Shown here: positions 24,401 through 39,400 of the stretch, piece after piece
Layout: every line of letters starts with the position of its first letter
Position numbering within the stretch: the first letter of the stretch is position 1
Assembly: GCA_050084985.1 (NCBI GenBank)
Contig: JBITNC010000001.1
Span: 186,992,001 to 187,056,000, forward strand
DNA length: 64,000 bases
Source: Nageia nagi
Lineage: Eukaryota; Plantae; Pinophyta
Direction: 5' to 3'
Notes under the pieces: model-generated
The model's database searches: none
The model's input: the letters and a program-made list of their open reading frames with translations, nothing else
What the model was told of the DNA's origin: nothing
Translations under genes and position numbers: made by a program

Positions 24401-27400
24401 ACGTTAACCTCCTAGAGGCTCCCAGATGCTAGACCTAGGGTGGATGTCTTCCCCAATGCGCTGAGGAATCATGCATGCCCATCATTAGCCTCTTAGAGGC
24501 CCCAAAATGTCCAACGTGGGTGTCTAGGTGTCATGCATGCTCAACGTGGGTGCCTAGGTGTCATGAATGTTCATGTGGGTGCCTTGGTGTCCTACATGCT
24601 CTATGTGGACCTTCTAGATGCTCCAAATATTAATTGCATGTCATCATGGGCCAACATGGGGGTCTAGGAGTCTTCCCAAGGGTGGCGAAGGTGTACAAGT
24701 GTAATAATGCTCCCTAAGTCCAACATTGGGTTTATGGGTGACCATCCATATCATCGTGCCATCTTAGGTGTCATACAAGACTTGGGATTCCCACAATCAT
24801 CTTAAGGATCTCCAAGTGCATAAATAAATAATAAAACAACTCATCCTATGCTTGAGAGGAAAACTTCCCACTTTAAGGCTCACAATGAAGGTCCAATGCA
24901 CCATTACTTTTCTATCCCAAGTCACTAATAATGTGAAAACAAAATATTTACAAAGGGATCACCTAGGATCACAAATTTACTTAATTTTGTTCAAGAGGGG
25001 ATGTTACATTATCGTTTGATAAAGCTTCCACATAAAAGACTTCTGAATATCAATCATGGACAGTCATCCAAATTAATTACATTATTGGGGACTTCTTCAA
25101 CAAGATCCATCAATCATGGACAGTCATCCAAATTGTCCTAGACTCCTAACAAAGGAGACACAAGATGAAATGATTTATGATAATGCATTCTTGATGGTAT
25201 TCCTAGAGAATAAGGCAACATTATTTCTACCATAAGGACCAACCTTAAGCTAGGAACAATTTTAGCACTTGCTACACTTTGAAAGCTTGAAGAGAGTATC
25301 CAAGATGAGTGGGACAAGATATTTACCACAAATACTGCGAAAAAGTGTCAAGCACATGTATCCAAGACTCTAGGCAAGGCAAACTTTCAGGTCAAAGACA
25401 AGGAAGAGGGGTTATAGATAGGCAAATCCAAGCAAGATCAAAGGGAAAATCGAAATCAGTAGAAACATGCTATACCTAAGGGTAAGGAAAGAGCAAGGGA
25501 AAGTAGATTTCCAAAGCCAAATGTGACCAAGATTAAATTGAAATCAGAATCAAAAGAAGAAGAATATACCTAATGTCAAAGTAAAGAAGACATGACTATT
25601 GTGCCAAACCAAAGCATCAAAGAATAAGTGCTTCGAGAAGCTTCATACTTTTCCGAAGAAGATGAAGGGGTTGATTGTTTTTCAATGTTTTCATCCTGAT
25701 GATGGGCATAGGAGTTCCGTTGCTTCAAGAGGGCAAGGTACTCCTTTCTTGTTCCTTCAAACCTAGGGCTTTTCTACAAGTTATTAATACATTGACTCAT
25801 CGGCCACTCACTATATGACCATGTACAAGGTTCTTTTCATTGGTATGATTATAGAAAGAATGCAAGAGAGCTCATTTAGTGCCAATGGTGCCAATACAGT
25901 AGATACGGGCCAGGAAATGTTAAGTTCCAGTATGAATACTCCAATGAAGTCTACTAAGTTCCATGCATGCTAGAAATCTTGAATTGAGATTAAGGCAGAA
26001 GTAGTGACATGTGCTTGCTACATCATCAACTGCTCTTCCACAAGGGTAGTCAAGGACATGACTCCACAAGAGCAGTGGAATGGATGGAAACCTAATGTGG
26101 GCAATAGGGAAGGTTTTAGATGTGATGTATAGATCATATTCCAAGGAAATAAGGATAAATGCTAATCCTGGGCCTTAAGTGCATCTTCATGAGCTTTTGT
26201 TAGGAGCCCTAGGCTTTTAGACTGTCTGACATAGATATTAGGAATGTTCTCATTAGAAGGAACATGAGGTTTGGGAGAGTTTCCCTACTAACACCTCATA
26301 TCTTCAGATACTTTCTAATGAGAAAGAGTTCACATCTATAGAATTGAATTTAGTTGAGGATGCTTAAGCTATAGTTCATATGGGTGATCATGATGTAGCT
26401 AATATGGGTGTTGGTAACAGTGATGTGATAAAGATGATCATCACTACCATGATGACAATGTTTCTTCACCTGAGTCTAGGGGTAAGGCACCCAATGTTGA
26501 TCCCACACACAACGAGCCTAGGAGGCCTTTGTGGCCAAGGAAGCAATTGGAGGCACCCCTTCCCATATTTAGGAGATTATGTAGGTTTGGAAGAAGACTA
26601 TGTAGAGAAGCAACACACTGATTTTGTTCTCGTGATCAAATATCGGAGTTGGTTCTAACGCTCCATGGAAAGAACATTTTGGGGTGCACATAGGCCTTCA
26701 AGACAAAGTATATTTCCGAAGGAGAGGTGTAAAAGTGTATGGATTGATTGGTAGTTAAGGAGTTCTTTCAGTAGGAGAGATGGACTAGATCAAGACTTTT
26801 TTTCAGGTTGCTAGGACAGACTTTATTCAGCTAGTACTCACATTAGGTTCTCGTTTTCATTGCAGATACATTGGATGCATGTGAAGAAGGCATTTCAAAA
26901 CAGCGATATGCATAAGGATATTTATATGGACCAGACTCTTCGTTTTCTCAAACCTGGACTTGCCCACTATTTGTGCAACTTAAATATGTAACTGTATGTG
27001 CTCAACAAGCACCCAAAGCCTCGTTCTCAACACAAGTTTGAGAGATATGGATAAGAGAGTAATGTGCAGTTGTACATTTGGAAAACTAAGGGACACATTA
27101 CTTATCATCATGGGAAAGATGATATGAAGGACAGATTCAAAGATAACCTGGAGATGGCTCATCTTAAAGTCTTACATTTCTTATTGGGTATGCAAGTGTG
27201 GCGGTTGAATGATGCTATATTCTTAATCAAAATGGAGAATCACATTTCTATTTTAGGAGAATACAGAGAGGGAATGTGACTTGCAAACCAATTGCTATCC
27301 CCACGTCTTCAAGAGCTTAGTTGGGTAGCAGAAGAGCCTAAAGATCCCAAGGTGGATGCCTCTATGTGTCATTCTCTTATTGACAGTAGGATAGATTGCT

Positions 27401-30400
27401 TATTTTGTGGCTTTTGTGGTTAAACTAGAGGTGGATTACAGAGGATCTCATTGGAAAGAAGCAAGAGAAATCAAGGTCAGAAAGAGGACATTAGCATCTT
27501 ATATGGCAGGGAGAGCCAACCCTATTGCCTATTCATAATAAGAACAGGATAGAGATGCTGGAAACAAAAAGACAACTTCCCGGCACATCTTCACATAAAG
27601 TTCAGGGTCTGTTTCTCTCTTCAGCAAAAGAGTATGCAATATAGTCACAGCAGGTAAAAATGTTATGTAAATCCAATAAATTATCCACGAGGTTTCCATT
27701 AGAAAACATGGACTAACTATTTTGAGATTAGACAATCCATGTGCTATTACAATGGCTAAAAATCCAGTCCAGCTCCAAAGGATAAAGCATATTGGCATTG
27801 AGATATATTGGATTCATGAGAAGGTGCAACAACAACAGATTGATATGCAAAACATCCCTACGAAGCAATAAGTAATGCAAACTATTGGTGAAGGCTGCAA
27901 TTCTGCAGTTGCATGAGTTGATCAAGATGCAGGAAGCTGCCATTATGAGAGGGTGTTAACGTAATAACAACTACGCCTCATCATTAATGGATAAATGAGA
28001 TATTTTCTTCATCATGGGTCCACAATCAATTGAAGTGTGTTCATGAAGCCCACGCTTAACTAAGATCCATTTAATTTATCCGATCAACATATTTGTAAAG
28101 CTGTAACCATAATTTATTTTATGTTGCAGAATTTTGGGTCTGGCTCACACAGGACATTCGTAAAGTTAAATTGGTCTTTTGTGGCTATAGAGACAAGCCC
28201 TATACCATTTCATAATAATCATGTTATATCATATTGTGTCGTTTGAATAGACCTGTATTGAGTCATATTTGATATTAGTCTACGCCTTCCATATCGCCCA
28301 TGCACATTTTTTAGTTCTTATTTCAATGATGGTGAGTTTCCAATTGCTTCTTTAAATGCAGTTTTGATAGTTGTATGGATGACCCTAAATCTATCAAAAG
28401 CAAAATAAAAGAAAGACAAAACTAAAGAACACAAACTTCAAAATATGACCTCTTCAAATCAAGTAATGTGTGCACTGTACAAGCAGTAAGGGATTCTTTA
28501 AAGTTTTTGAAATAAGAAGTATTGTATCCACCATAGACAAATCATATGCACCCCAATTGCAATCTGCTAAAATATGAACAAATCAAAGTAATACAGGCAG
28601 CAAACACAAGGATATTGTCAACCAAACCAATAAATGCCAAAATGAAATCCTGTGTATGGGAATGTATCTGCTTAGGAAGTAACAAGTCAGATAACAATGT
28701 CCTTTCGTAACATCATGTAACTTATCTTGCAAGCTGTTAGTATTGTATAAGATACAACAATTATTTAAAAAATAAATAAATGGAAGCAAAGAACATGCGA
28801 TTGCACTCCATTGCAAAAACAGTTGCTGACAAATCTAAGTAGCAAACACTAACAGATCTCTAAATACAATAAAAATGCTTTAACATATTATAAGTTATTA
28901 GCAATGTAATAAATGGCATTTGTTCTTCATGCATGTCACTGTTATCTTCTAAATAAAAGAATTTAAATGTGTCAAGCACAAAGCCAGCTTTAGGTTAAAT
29001 CAAAAGCAATAGAGGAAAAATCAACACTATTCAATTTCTAATGAATCACATACCACTGCCAGAAGTTTCCTTGTCTGTACATGCCATATACGCAAATAGC
29101 GATCTAACCCTGCAAACAGGAATGAAAACTTGTGAATGAAATATTTAAAACAAAGGCATTATGGACTTTCTTTTAGACACTTCCAACAATGGATCAGCTA
29201 GGTGTTGAATGATACTAACTGATAACATTATATGTTGCTCATATTAGGGAACAAAAGTGCAGTTTTGATCCATCAAACATTTGATGGATATCAAGTGTAG
29301 CATTACACATTCAATATAAGAACTTAGTATACAAATATAAATTGGACATTTGATGAATAAGTATCAAGTGTAGCATCACACAATCTAAACTGTCCCAATG
29401 CTTACGTTTGCAACAGTAACATAGAAAATGCGTGTTTAAGAGAAACCTTTGAGAAAGAAACAAATGATAAGTATAGAAAAACCTGATTATATTAGATCAT
29501 GAATGACTAAAAGAAGACATCATAAGTTCAGATAGAACCCAAAAGATTGGGAAGTGAGGCTAATGGACATCAAAAGTACATTCTTGAATGGAATGCTTGA
29601 AGAAGAGGTGTATTTGCAACAACCACTCAGTTTTGAAGTCAAAAGGCAAGGAGGACCATGTCTACCAGTTGAAGAAGGCCATATATGGTTTCAACCAAGC
29701 ACCTAGAGCTTGGTACTGTAGGATTGATGGCTACTTGCACTATCTTGGTCTCACAAGGAGTGTGATTAAGCCCACTTTTTATTTCAAATTTGAAGACGAA
29801 AAAATCTTGCTTGTTTGTCTTTATGTTGATGATTCAATCTACATTGGTGGAAATCTTCATCTCAATGCTGATTTCAAGAGGCTAGTGGAAAACGAATTTG
29901 AGATGACTCCTTTGGGAAAGATGAGTTATTTAACAAGTTCTGAAATCAAATTCGTGAAACACTTGGAAGCAACAGGGAGTGTTGGAATGTGCTGCCAAAT
30001 ATCCAAACTCTAGCAAGCCTTGAATTCACCAACATGAGTGTAAACTTATCTCAGAGATACCTGAGTCCTCATACATATCAAAAAAACATGTTTAGTAAAA
30101 ATTAAATGACATACAATTTCCAACCATGTGGCAGCCCGGTAACTAGTTTATAACTGCCCTCATCAGGTTCAGCTTTTAAACTCTTTCATTATGATGATTC
30201 TTTCCCTGAAACTTGGTAGGATGGTCGAAGACATGTAAGAGCATATGTTAAAAGTGTCAGATTAGGATTCCAGTTCAGAATTTGGCAGTTACAATCAGTA
30301 CAAGGTTAGGAATTCCTGACAGCCCGAATTTCACTGGGTAGACAATCGCAAGAGTTATAACTTCTTCATCCAAATGTATTTTGGTTTGAAATTTAGTAGG

Positions 30401-33400
30401 CTTATAGGCACTTGTTATTAAGTACACTACAAGTTATGAAGTAGAATTTGGATGAACCATTTGGAATTTTTGCTCACCATAGAACTGCTGATTTGACATG
30501 TGACAGTTTTGGACAGTCAGAGTGTAGAAGCAATTCCAATTATCAAATGAAGGTCATTCGACCTCAAATTGTATACTATGATAGATTAGACATAAGAGGT
30601 GGTTCTGAGCAGTTCATTCGGACTTGTACTAGCTATAGATGCGAGCTATTGCTCAAAAACCGATGGTAACAGTGCTGCAGTTTTATGTAAACAGTTTGCA
30701 TTTATAATGTAAATCATGTTCCTTGGATAAACCTTGGAGTCTATCAATTCTGATGTTGTTTATCAGTGTTACAGTATATGTTTGAGTTGTCTACGTTGTT
30801 GAAATCTCGTTCTTTTATGACTGTTGTTAAAAAGAAAAAAGAAACTTAATTTGCCCCTAGAAGCAAGTTGTCCTATCGAGGAACTAGGGAACAGTCCTTA
30901 ACATTTTGTATCAGACTTGATCTCATGGTTGAATCAGTCCAGAAGTTCTTTTATTGGCCTGCAGAATGTGTGGTTGCTGAGTTCACTGTTGGTACCTTTA
31001 TTTTTGGTCTTGGTCTTGTGGTTTTGCAAGACCGAATTCAAACAAGATACAATGAGGAGTGAATTGTTTCTTAGATAGATGTGCAAGATCATGGTCAGGA
31101 TATATGACATATCGAGGGAAGCTGCCATCAAAGGAGGATGTTGCATAATGAGACCTTCACCTCTTCTTCAGATGGAGACTCTAGAGAGGATGTTGTTGGC
31201 TCCTCTAAGTCTAACTTAAGGGAGGGTGTTGAACTTAAACTAGAATTAGCATTGTCCTTATGTGTATTTAACATAAGGATTTCTTAATAATAAACCTTAA
31301 GCTAAACATTTGATGGTTAATTGTGTGTTGACATGAGTTAATCTAGTGTAGATTTTATAACAGTTGAGATTAAGAAATATTTGATCCAAACCAACGGTTG
31401 AGATAATATCACATGGATTGATCAATTAGTGATGTTGTGTCTATTCATAGGACACTACTACCATTCATTTGTAACAAGTCAAATTATAATGACTATTTGA
31501 GTTTAACCATCCAACCCAATTCTTGCATATCATTTCTTCTGCTTCTATTTCATGATTTTATTTCATTTTAATATTGCTTTGTGTGGAATTCTCATGGTGT
31601 TTGATTTTTCAGTAATCTATTGTACAATTCATCACTTTGCTTAGTTTTTAGGGAAAAAACACAATTTATCAAACTCAAGTGATAGCAATTCTAGTGCACT
31701 CCAGGTTTAAACCATAACACAAACATTATAGCTACATACCACATGAGGCAATTAGTGGCAGCTCTGGATGCCTCACAATGGATCGAACACTTCCACAACA
31801 CTTTCCCTTGAAGGAACCCAATAATCTTCCTGCCAAAATCACATCAAAAGTTGTTAATGAGCAATTTTGCATTTTTATGGCTCCCTTTTGTCTATACTCT
31901 AGCAATAACTGTACAGAAAAACATGTACAAAAGAAACCAATGAATACAAAATACATATTTGCAATATGAATTAACCGTCAACATGATTAACTATTATGTG
32001 TTTCATGTCGTCTATCTTTCTGATAAAAAGAAACTCGCCACCAAACAAGCAAAGGTAGACAGCATAACAACCGTTCTAAAACAAATTACATTTATTCAAA
32101 TTGTAGCCACAAAGTTTCAGACTTTCAGTATTCAGTAGCTTCCTTGTTTGATGTGCTTAGTTTTAGCAATACAGTTGAACTTGATACACTAATGTGAAAG
32201 TCACAGTAACTCCATCGAAATGTAAGCCTATAGATGGGTGGCCAACCACAGGATGCCAAGCTGTGTGTACAGTAATCCTTTAGTAAGGGAAGTGATAGTA
32301 ATAGTCAACTGGTACCTAATTATAAGAAATACCAATTCCAAGGACCAGATACACTGGTGTGCCGAATTCCATAGGCTACCAAACTCTAGCTACCCTATTG
32401 GAAATTTCAGATAATACTATTGGCAGTACAGTCAATGTATTCAAAATAATTTCAACGACGTGAAAGTGGAAATGGCCCTTTGGTAAGCCAACACACGGAA
32501 AGATACATCACAACATTGATCTGCATTAAAATAAAATGCAATGAAACCTCCAGCCTTTGATTGGATACAAGAACCTGCCAGTGTTATGAAAGATTACTAA
32601 GATAAATTATTATTTCATTGCCACTTCAGAAGGAATAACATTTCATGGTATCTTGTAATTTCCTCTTATGAATTTGGAAAAGTTGCTAAAATCCACTGCA
32701 GAATTGATTTCAGAAGTTACAATATTTTTATCATAGTTAAAAGATTTGAAGCTATTCATAACTCCCACGCAAATTGGCAAAAGATTCTCATAAAAGAGTG
32801 AGGATACATACAATCAACAATATAGCAGCAAAATCAAATACAAATGCATTATTTGAAAATTGAAAACATTATTTAGACAAATTGCTTCTGCAAGTTCAAC
32901 ATAGAATGAATATCAATCCAATTAAACTAACAGCAAGTTGGATAGTTAAAAATGAAATTTGAAACTGGATTTTTATTTTTAATAAAGCAAATTCCACCCT
33001 CCAATCCAGTTTTCAAATGATCTCTGAAAAAAGGCCTGAACTCTGTGACAGTACATTGTTGCTCTGCAAATGGACTCAGAGCAATGAGAAGTTCCCAAGG
33101 AAATTCAAAGATTAAATTTAGATAGAAATAGAAAAGTTGAGAACCAGATTACATCTACATAGAAGCCACAAAAAAATAACAGGGAATATTATCAGAATGA
33201 TCATCAAAATGCTGCAGCAGAACCCAAAATATGAGTTGCTATCTTCATGGAGATATTCATGACATGAGATGAATATAATTGCGTTGTACAGAATTTTTGT
33301 CTTGTAGTATATGAATGTCACCCTCCTTGAATGGCACAGGCCATCACCTATATTAGAAATGCAGAAGCATCTAGGAGACTCCAAAGAACTCTTACCAATG

Positions 33401-36400
33401 TGGTCAGAGTGATCATTTTCCTCTGACAAATCCAATCATCTCCTCTATAGAATAAATAGATAGTCATTGTGTAGCTGTAATGCGCTCAAGTCTAATGTTA
33501 TTTATAATAAGATTATAATTCTGATAATAAAGACTCAATCATATGAGAACAGGGGGGTAAAACGTTTTACATAGCATTTAAGGCCAAAATTACAAATTAA
33601 CTCAAAAATTCCTGATTTAGGTCAACACCTTTGACACTTTAAAACACCAATTCAGTTTTGGCATATGTTGGAATAGCGCTTCCCCATGGCCAGTGAACAT
33701 ACTACATAATATTCCGTACTGTGGTTGACTCCAAATACGAGGCAGGAGACATACATTGCCATACAAGTTTTATAGGCATTAGCAAGAGATTTGGCTAATA
33801 TGCTCCAGGTAGCATGAGTGTGATTAATAAATATAAATAGTTCAAAAGTGCTGGGTGACACACCAACTTTGGTCAGTTTCTAATCTGGGTAACACAAAGA
33901 ATCATTTCCATCAATATTTTGCATGTAAAGTAAATTGAACTTCCGATGACTTAGAAAGAGGCATAACAATCAAACTTGTATTAGTTTATTCCTCAACAAA
34001 TTTCAAATATTACCAGGCGTAACTAAATGTGGAGATATTGAATGGTTGCAACTTACAACATTATAATATAGGAATCTTCTCAAAATTGTTAATAATAGCA
34101 TTGTTGCAGGGGAAGGTGAGTTACAAGAATATTTAGCTTAGGATCCAGATTTCAAACATGAAAATTTGCAATCCAAATAGGAACGAGAAGTTTGGAGTTA
34201 GATGAAAGAAAAATACTAGACTTTAAATTGAGAGGAGGGGGACTCCCATCTGAAAATTTGTCCTCCCTAAAGCTAAAATAAGACTTTCTATCTACAAAAA
34301 CTGTTGCATGTAAAATATGGTATTGAACAGTTGGCTGCCAAAGACTGTAAGGTGAAGGAAGAGGACTTGATTTTGATCATTCTGAAAAGATGATCTGGTT
34401 TTAATCCATCCTTCAAAAACTTTTTGCAAATTCATCACTCTTCTAAATAAGTTCAGACAGAATTGCAAGTCTTCAAAGAATTGCTGTCAGAACATGGACA
34501 CATATAAAAGAAGGTTCTGATAAACAACGAAAACAAGAAGGTGCATCCTCGATATGCTTTCCATTTACTAAAGATAAATGTCCCTACAAAGGGTTTAGAT
34601 GTCTTACGAAATGGTAAATAACTTTAGGAAAGATGGTAGGAAGCAACCTGGTTAGAAAATAAAAAACAAAATCATGGGTAGCCTAACATAACTGAACACA
34701 CTAATGAAGACGATGATGCATTGGTTGTTTCCCAACATAATAATTAAGAAACGACATATGGCAATTATATATATGTTTGTAAACACAAGTGGCACAGAAG
34801 ATTGGAGATTTGCAGACCAAACTTGCGAGAGCTAAGAAAAATCATGTTCCAAAATGTGTTCTGAATTCCTAGAATAGTAAGAACTTGTTCATCATTAAAA
34901 TCACCATACTGAGACATATAAATGTTAGATTTTACAGAAACAAAAATTTTCTTAACACTAAAAGATGAAATAAGATCGTAACCCCTGAAGGTACAATACC
35001 TAGTCAGTAAAAGTAGGTTGATACTCTACAAACACAAGCCTTGGTAGCAATGGTGCCAGAGATATGGTCATTTGAATTTCAGGTATGTGCAGCTGGTTTT
35101 ACATGAAAAACAATTGAGGAAGCCCTTTTAGGAAAGGCAATACTTCACAAGAAAAACGATGCTCAGATATGAAGATGATAATATCTATGAGCCCTTTAAG
35201 TTTTATTATACTTCCATTGCCACATAATTTTCATTACAACTAGGGCAATAAGATAGTGACTGTACTCTTCTAAGACAAGTCAGATACCTTCAACCATTTT
35301 AACTAATTTAAGGCTGCAGTTCACAATGAAAATGGCAAAAATGTTATAATTGAGAATTGAAGTGAATTCACTTTGATGAAGTTTGATATTTATTGGATGA
35401 AGAGAGGGATTCACAAGCCTTGGACTGAATGAATAAAATAGCCATGAAAATGGTAAGAAGCATGCTAAAAAGGAAGGAAATCCATATTGTGGTTTATCCA
35501 CTTAACAGAAGTCCTTTCAAAGAACTTTAATGCATGACACTCAAGCAGGTAAACAGAGGACAAAACTAAAAAGTAAAACATGTCAGTTCCAAACCATTAT
35601 TTCTAGTGCCCATGTCCTTATTTTGCAACAGAAATGAATAAATTGGATTCTTAATGGAAGAAATAATATTTGCAATATAGCAGTCATTTTAAGGCACACG
35701 AGTTACGATATTTATACAAATAAGGCGAATATAAGTAGGGATGTTTCATTGATGAGAATGATTAAAGTTTTCGATCTATTTCATCTACTCATATTCAGAA
35801 TACATCAAGCAGATCTAAAAATGAGCATTAGTGTAATATGATGTGTAACAAGATAAATGTAGCACCAATGTCAACCTCCCAGGTCCGCAAATTCTTCTAC
35901 CAAAATAAAACCTTTAAGACCTACAGAGTGAGCTTTGTCAATGTTTTTCAGATCAAAAGACTATAAGACAAAGAAAGAAATTATTAAGTTCATGAGTGAA
36001 CGAAGTAGATCAACAGAACTCACAAACACATCTGTAGAAAGGTACCTATTTACATGATAAGAGCTATGAACTACAATGTACAAATATGAATTCATGTCAA
36101 TATCATGTAATGTACATATGATACAAAGTTCAAAAATATAGTACAGATGTACAAAGAATGACCAACTGGACACGTAGGGAAACATAGAACTTGGAGAAAC
36201 TCTTAAGAACTCTTAGAAATTCTAACAAAATGTTAAGGCTAACATCAGCCAGTAACATTATATCTAATGAATGTCCATGGGAAAATGTCTTTGGACAAAT
36301 AAAGGATATATGCATCTATCAAATTTGATGATGATTTAGGATATTGTAAGTTTGCTATGATCGTAAACATTGCAACCAGATGATCTAGGATACTGTAACT

Positions 36401-39400
36401 TCATTATGATGTTTAACATTGCAAACAGGCAGCATGTTATGATAATTATAGAGACAATCTAGTTATACATGTGGATGACTTGATCATTACACGCAAATGA
36501 AACCAGCACCATTTTGCAATTGTATTCAAATTTCTTCTCAAAGTCCAAAGTTATTTGTTACACAATCAACTTTCAATCCCAAAAACAAATAAAATAAAGA
36601 AACCCCAATTTTAAATGGAGCTACCATCCACAAGTACCACCTAAATGCAAGCCTAAGAGAAATGCAACTTTTCAACTGGCATGCACATCAAACCGCTTCA
36701 TTAGAGGAAGAATTATAATCATCACAAATTCCAATGGGATACCACTCGAAGGTCAACACAAACTGTGTTCCCCACCATCTCTGATCCATAAATGGCTCAA
36801 ATATAGCTCCAAGTTTCAACCCTTTCATATGATCTTATGGGTGCAAGTGCATCCCTATCACCTCTAGCTAGAATTTTCCACTATCCCACTTTTGGTTCCT
36901 GTATAAGTCTCTCCACACATCATAAACCTATGAAAATCTAACTAAACTTCTATGAGCCTATCCTAGATTTTATTTTTGCATATCATACATGTCAACCCAT
37001 GGGTAGCGAATCCACTTGCAAAGATATGTGCAATAGGACAAAAATGCATCATGCTATTGCTATAGCAACAAGAAAAGCAAACACTTGGATCACAACTTGC
37101 ACCAGATAAAGAGCATTTCTTCATAGGACTAAACAATAGATTCCCTCCTATGATATCTTGTTCCTCTTCATTCTCATCCTTCACAAATGCATACCAACCT
37201 AACGTGTCCCTCTTAAGGCTTGATGTGCATAAAACCATGAAATATCAAATTATCCTTCTAAACGGAAAGATTTGTAAAACTATTCTTATGATCAAACACT
37301 TTCTTACATGGATAATGACAGAGAGGACTGCACTATAGTTTTAAGGCTCCTCAGTGAGCTGTTTGTAGTGGAGTACATATTCTATAGCAATATTTTACCC
37401 CCAGAATTGTGCAAAACAGCCAAAACTCTAAATAAAAGCTTCAAATTGAATTTCATAGACAGACCCAAAAAAGGGGAAGAGTTGAACAAAATGACTCTAT
37501 TATTCATTTCATGAATCTACTACAGCAATCAACGGTGAAAGCAAACAAAATTTGAAAAACAACCACCATCAACAAGATATGTAGAGCCTATTCTGAAACA
37601 ATAACAAAGAGGGGCGATGAGCCATTTAGCCTGCAGGGAACAATAGTTGCAAAGTAATTTGATATGATAGTAACGAAAACTTAAACATTCAAAACATCTT
37701 TAAACATTCTTATTATTTGAAACAATAACAACAAATCAATTTAAAAGTATATGATTTCTAAATGTTGCCACATGTTATCATAGGAAACTCTTTTTTACAC
37801 TGTAGCACCAATATGACATTTACATCCCTACCATCTACCATATACCATTCATTTCAGGCTGTACAACTATTAGAGGTACAGTTGGTAGACAAATGTTGGC
37901 ATCTGTTCCCTAATACATGCATCCTCTAGTCACTCTTCTACTGCATCACACTACAACATGGCTCCCAAACAAGTTCTTGGGAAAGTATATGTACAAATGA
38001 ATACTGCGTATTCTAGCTACTGGAGGAATGGAAACATTTCCAAACCCTTTAACTTGGGTGTCTTTTCACATTCCTTATTAAAAGACATCACTTTTCCTTT
38101 TATTATTTTCATATAATCTATACTTTAAAAGATGCATGTTTAATTTGCCTTTTTGAAACCCTTTCTAACCCCTCTGGTCCTTAGGATATAATTATCTTCC
38201 CTTATGTAAACTTTGATTATGAGCCCTAGTTGGTGCAAGGCCAACAAACTCTATCATTCAGTGTTGTTGATCCAGTTACACACCTTTTATGAATTTTGCA
38301 AGGCTACCAAGTAAGTAATCAATGAGAACGGTTGTCATTTCTACCTTGCACTACGCTTTCATATACACATGATTTGTAAATAGTTTTGTATTTAGTTTTT
38401 CATGTGTAAATATCTACCTACTCACATGTTATATGATAATCATGAACAAATTGTATCTGGCAACAAATGCGTATATATGAAACTATTTGTGAATAATAAA
38501 ATCATCACTTTAGACATGACGTATATTTATCCTCTATTTTCTATTGCATTGGCTTAAATTTGTCTCTTGTGTTTTCCAACAAATATCCCATGATCAGGAT
38601 CAGGGCCACTAGAACAAGGCTCTTGTGTGCATGTCCTACACAAAATGCAAGCATCAAACAATCTCAAATGGTAAAGGATGCACCTGAAAAGAATGTTACG
38701 GAATTAATAGAGGTTGCATTGGCAAAAATAGAGAAGAGAGCTAATGGATCAGTTCACTCAACACCTTCAGCAAGTTGCAACGCAACCTCCACTAGTTAAA
38801 AACTTGAAGCATCCAGATCAGTTCCAATGTGAGCCGGATTCAAGCTGCAGATCACCATGGGTTTCAAAAGTAAAAGGAAATCTTAATGCAGAGGCCAATG
38901 ATGGTTGGAGTTAGAAGTTTGATTCATATTTTTTCAGTCCATTACTAATCTAATGTAGAGAAAATGCAAATCATATTTTTAAAAGCCAACACCCATTTGT
39001 AGAATCATCCAGCTTAGGTTCAAGATGGGCATTCCAAAGCTCTTTAAGCAAAGGCATTGGACAGTTGATAGATAAGTGTGATTCCTATTTTTCCGTCCAT
39101 AACTATTCTAATATAGAGAAAGTGCAAATCATTGCTTTGAAGTCTTCTCCAAAAGTTCTAACTTGGTGGTAATCCTACTCTCAACTGCATGAGGTTGCGC
39201 CAGATCCCGTCACAAAATGGAAGAAATTTTGTGAAGCCCTATGATGAATTTCTGAATTCTACCATGCTAAATACTACAAGGAATTTCTTACCCTCGTGAC
39301 AAAGCTAACCATTTCTTATTCAAAGGAATTGAATCTCCTCAATTTCTACAGTAGCTTACATAGAGATATCCAAAATAAGATGTAGTTTCTTACCATCTCT

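Larger units (their letters stand above)
21749..28396 (+). mobile_element. Old Ty1/copia element, heavily decayed, with nested MITE and solo LTR
   Basis: Degenerate PBS TCGTATGAGAGC at 21805 after ...CTATCA. gag remnant ~23330-25300. Integrase remnants (WAEVV.CACYIIN, KCIFM). RT remnants ~26650-27300. RNase H ([17 protein letters not shown]). PPT then 3' LTR from TGTTAAC at 27954 to CTATCA at ~28396. 5' LTR mostly missing. Confidence 0.72.

Noticed and set aside
32000-33900. Possible gene fragment or retrocopy in intron 8 (also 36590-37500 and 53290-54240)
   Set aside because: Slightly GC-richer patches and short ORFs, but no motif I can identify with confidence; needs BLASTX.
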